A stretch of DNA of 64,000 nt. It comes from Spirochaetota bacterium (lineage in GTDB: Bacteria; Spirochaetota; UBA6919; CBDBPB01). Shown piece by piece: positions 60,795 to 64,000 of this stretch. A program made the translations under genes and the position numbers. The stretch lies in NCBI GenBank assembly GCA_965208615.1, contig CBDBPB010000001.1:256001-320000 (forward strand). Direction: 5' to 3'. The notes under the pieces are model-generated. The model was given only the letters and a program-made list of their open reading frames with translations, was not told where the DNA came from and ran no database searches. Positions within the stretch are counted from its first letter, which is position 1, and every line of letters begins with the position of its first letter.

Positions 60795-61176
60795 AATAAA
60801 TTCCAGCCTATCAAAAAAACTATAAGTTCAAACATTTCACACTATACACTTAAGTCCAATAATATTAAATGATTTCTATATTGGCAAATTTTTATTTAAA
60901 AAATAATACTTTTAAAAATATTCCTTTTTTATATTTTATTACAATATATGGTAACACTTTTTTAAAGTTTTTAAAAATATAGTATAATTATTATAGCCTT
61001 TATTTTAACAATTAGCTTTATTATTTCTTTTAATATTATTTTGTTTATAACAATCGACTCTATAATTAATATAACTTAATAACTTTTTTATTCAGATAGA
61101 ATTATGAGTAAAACAGCAAATCAACTTATTAAGAAGTGTTTAAGCCACCATAATACAATATTAACTAGGAGGTTTT

Positions 61177-62445
61177 ATGATTCGTTTTATGATTTATTTT
61201 ATGTTTAGCATAATATTTATTTTTTTAATTAATCCTCCATCATTTTCGTTAGTATTTAAATATAAGAGTAAAAAAGGGGATGAATACAACTTAAGAACAT
61301 TTTCTACACAAGAAGTTCTTGTTAATAACGTTTTGATAATTAAAGTCGACCAAAAATATGAAGGACTATTAAACGTAAATAAAACTACTAATGCAATGTC
61401 CGAAATTAATGGCAATTATAACTACTATAGCCGTCCATATGGATCAACCTCTCCATATACGCTTAAGAACAGACATAATACAAAAACACGCTTTAAACAA
61501 TATATAGATGGAAAAATAGAGCTTGATAAACAATATTATTATCCCGTTGTAAGAGGAATACCAACCTTCCCCAAAAAAGACATTAAAATAGGCGACTCAT
61601 GGATAAATAACGCCAAAGAAGTACAAGACTTAAAAAAGCTAAATATATCAAAGCCTTACTCCATACCCTTAACAGTTAGATATAAATATTTAAGAGATGA
61701 CCAGTTTAGAGGTAAGGACTGTGCAGTATTCAGCGTTCTTTATACAATTAATCAAAATAATAAACTTATAATAGCTAAAACTAGAAGCCTATTCCCTACA
61801 AGGGTAGCTGGCTATTTTAACGGTATATATTATTGGGACAAAAAAAATGGTATACCAATTTATTATGAAGGCAAATACTATTTTATATACATACTAGCAA
61901 ATGGACAGGTTAGAGAGTTTAGAGGTGTTGATTATGGCGATATTATAAAAAAACCTTCTAAAACAAAGAGTAAGCCTAAAAAGCCTAAATCCATAGAAAA
62001 GGATATTAAAAAACAATTAAAAAAGTCAAAGCTTAACTTCCCAGTAAAAAAAAGTGAAAAAGGTATATCCATTAATCTTGGTGAACTGCTTTTTGACTTT
62101 AACTCAACCAAGCTAAAACAAAATACCATAACTAACCTTGATAAGCTGGCTAAAATATTAATGAAATATGACCACTTACAACTAACAGTAGAAGGACATA
62201 CAGACTCAATAGGAACTGACGAATATAACCTTAAGTTTTCTAAACTAAGAGCTAAAAAAGTAATGGATTACCTCATACAAAAAGGCATCTTGCCCAATAG
62301 AATTAAATATAAAGGCTTTGGAGAACATAAACCTATAACATCTAATAAAAGTATACGGGACAGGGCTAAAAATAGGCGGGTAGAAATCATTATCCAAAAT
62401 GATAAAACATCTATAAAAAATAACAATAAATCGGATAATAAATAA
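61177..62445 (+). CDS. OmpA-family protein
   Basis: Signal peptide; C-terminal LLFDF.S..LK, VEGHTDS.G...YN...S..RA..V..YL, G.GE..P, NRRVEI. Confidence 0.9.
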   Translation: MIRFMIYFMFSIIFIFLINPPSFSLVFKYKSKKGDEYNLRTFSTQEVLVNNVLIIKVDQKYEGLLNVNKTTNAMSEINGNYNYYSRPYGSTSPYTLKNRHNTKTRFKQYIDGKIELDKQYYYPVVRGIPTFPKKDIKIGDSWINNAKEVQDLKKLNISKPYSIPLTVRYKYLRDDQFRGKDCAVFSVLYTINQNNKLIIAKTRSLFPTRVAGYFNGIYYWDKKNGIPIYYEGKYYFIYILANGQVREFRGVDYGDIIKKPSKTKSKPKKPKSIEKDIKKQLKKSKLNFPVKKSEKGISINLGELLFDFNSTKLKQNTITNLDKLAKILMKYDHLQLTVEGHTDSIGTDEYNLKFSKLRAKKVMDYLIQKGILPNRIKYKGFGEHKPITSNKSIRDRAKNRRVEIIIQNDKTSIKNNNKSDNK

Positions 62446-62446
62446 A

Positions 62447-63196
62447 TTATATCATCTGTATGCCGCCGTTCACTTGGGCATAAGTACCAGTAATAAACTT
62501 AGAGTGATCACAGGCTATCATTAAAACAGCTCCAGCAATATCATCTGGTAAAGCGTTACGCCTTAAAGGAATCATATCCGCAATAGCCTTTTTTTGAACA
62601 TCGTTCAAAAAGCTGGTGGCATCAGTCAATGTTAAACCTGGTGCAACCACATTTACCCTAATCCCATTAGGACCCAGTTCAAGAGCTAATGATTTTCCAA
62701 AAGCATCCAAAGCAGACTTTGCCACACTATGAACAGAAAAGCCATCACCAGGAAAACGGGATAGTGAACTGGATATAATAATAATATTCCCCTTTTTTCT
62801 ATCTACCATAGATGGTATAACAGCTTTACAAGGAAAAAATACTGCCCTAATCTCATCAACAAGCTTAGACTCAAAACTATCCCATGGATACTCCACAAAA
62901 GGAAGTACCTTAAAATTAATACTGGCATTTAAAACCATAATATCAATGGCATTAAAATGACCCTCTGTTTTTTCTATAAGCTTTATAACCTCAGCCTTAC
63001 TTCTAACATCGGCCTGAATAGCTATTGCCTTTCCGCCATCCTTGTTAATGTCAGTAACAACCCTCTCAGCCTTATCCTTATTGCTTTTATAGTTTACTAC
63101 AACCCTTGCACCCTCTTTTGCAAATAGTTTGGCTATAGCCTCTCCAATACCCCTACTAGCCCCAGTAACAAGAGCTACCTTACCCTTTAACAACAT
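62447..63196 (-). CDS. SDR oxidoreductase, FabG-like
   Basis: TGASRGIG, VVVNY, GIRVNVVAPG, ITG....VNGG. Confidence 0.92.
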   Translation of the reverse strand: MLLKGKVALVTGASRGIGEAIAKLFAKEGARVVVNYKSNKDKAERVVTDINKDGGKAIAIQADVRSKAEVIKLIEKTEGHFNAIDIMVLNASINFKVLPFVEYPWDSFESKLVDEIRAVFFPCKAVIPSMVDRKKGNIIIISSSLSRFPGDGFSVHSVAKSALDAFGKSLALELGPNGIRVNVVAPGLTLTDATSFLNDVQKKAIADMIPLRRNALPDDIAGAVLMIACDHSKFITGTYAQVNGGIQMI

Positions 63197-63275
63197 AACT
63201 CCCCCATAAGAAATTAATTATAACTTCCGCTATAAAAATAGCATCCAAAAATAAAAGTATAATATCCTTTATAAA

Positions 63276-63674
63276 CTACTTCTTATTGTAAGTAATAACT
63301 CCAAAAATAGCACCCTGAGGATCCTGTATAAAACAAAACCTACCAACATCTTGTATATCAGTTAGGGGTAATATTACCTTTCCACCTAGGTCTTTAGCCT
63401 TTTTTGCAACATCATCAACATTATCCACCGTAATATAGGATGACCACATAGGTGGTACTCCCTCTGGCGTATTAGGAGGCATTTTCATAATACCGCCAAC
63501 ACCATGACCATTTATATTTACTACGTGATAGTTTAGATTAGGCTGTTGAGAATCAGAATATTTTTTAATATCCCAATTTAAAAGTTTACCATAAAACTTA
63601 ACCGCCCCATCTACATCAGTTGTACTAAGCTCTGTCCAACTAAAAGCACCATGAGTCTCAAAAAGATTATCCAT
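63276..63674 (-). CDS. VOC (glyoxalase-like) protein
   Basis: G.FSW.EL.T.D...A..FY..L..W, W..Y..VD.VD, GG.V.....DI..VGRF..I.DPQGA. Confidence 0.92.
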   Translation of the reverse strand: MDNLFETHGAFSWTELSTTDVDGAVKFYGKLLNWDIKKYSDSQQPNLNYHVVNINGHGVGGIMKMPPNTPEGVPPMWSSYITVDNVDDVAKKAKDLGGKVILPLTDIQDVGRFCFIQDPQGAIFGVITYNKK

Positions 63675-63751
63675 GTTTTCTCCTTGCTATACTTTATCTT
63701 AAAGTATAATAACCCATAATTACAAAACAAAGTTGCTTTTAACAAAAAAAA

Positions 63752-64000
63752 CTAATTAATAAGATAAGCTCCTAGCTCATCATAACTATTAGCCGTAAAA
63801 TGAGGAATCTCGTCATCAGAATTAGACTCTCTATAACTAATGTTAAAACGCCTAATGTGAGATAAATAAACTTCATGCTCGTAACTAATTACATAACCAT
63901 TCATCTTTTTGTCAAGATCAAGCTTTAGGTGAATAGCAGTCATACCAATAGACTTAGATGGAGCAATATCATTATCCAGCCTATCACCCACCATAATAGA
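63752..64000 (-). CDS. HAD-family hydrolase, C-terminal fragment (truncated by window edge)
   Basis: HAD motif IV MVGDRLDNDI.P....GM. Confidence 0.8.
   Translation of the reverse strand, partial: SIMVGDRLDNDIAPSKSIGMTAIHLKLDLDKKMNGYVISYEHEVYLSHIRRFNISYRESNSDDEIPHFTANSYDELGAYLIN

Noticed and set aside
615-62129. Many antisense or overlapping ORFs in the track (e.g. 615-1217, 3197-3556, 8740-9063, 8771-9157, 19054-19506, 23541-23756, 23834-24121, 27086-27400, 38242-38610, 54667-54942)
   Set aside because: They are shadows of well-supported genes on another frame or strand, with no motifs
1-64000. tRNA, rRNA, cas, phage structural or intact transposase genes
   Set aside because: None recognised in the ORFs or intergenic regions

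Overview
AT-rich (roughly 30% GC by eye) bacterial chromosomal window, most likely from a spirochaete (Spirochaetota). This is inferred from FISC-type lipoboxes, a FlaA-like protein, a Borrelia PF49/ParZ-like protein and Bdr-like coiled-coil proteins. Housekeeping genes (adk, hisG, argJ, murG, purN, fliN, gyrA, rny, holB, apbE, glnB, rpmG) are mixed with accessory DNA. The accessory DNA includes: (i) a 9-kb tandem array of eight paralogous beta-propeller lipoprotein genes with mosaic sequence exchange, three of them frameshifted; (ii) a 66-aa gene carrying the signature of the archaeal/eukaryotic ribosomal protein eL13, with a bacterial promoter and RBS; (iii) an orphan type I-B-like CRISPR array (7 full repeats, no cas genes in the window), preceded on its sense strand by a separately promoted pseudo-repeat/spacer/pseudo-repeat unit resembling CreA/CreR crRNA-like RNAs; (iv) a ~580-bp MITE-like element with terminal inverted repeats, present in 2-3 copies, plus a second dispersed repeat with a palindromic core; (v) a 14-kb cluster with two paralogous split glutamate-synthase-like enzyme sets, one canonical and one strongly diverged, interrupted by three passenger genes; (vi) a candidate sRNA with a C-rich loop; and (vii) several frameshifts caused by micro-duplications or a palindrome. 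All calls come from reading motifs by eye; no database searches were run.
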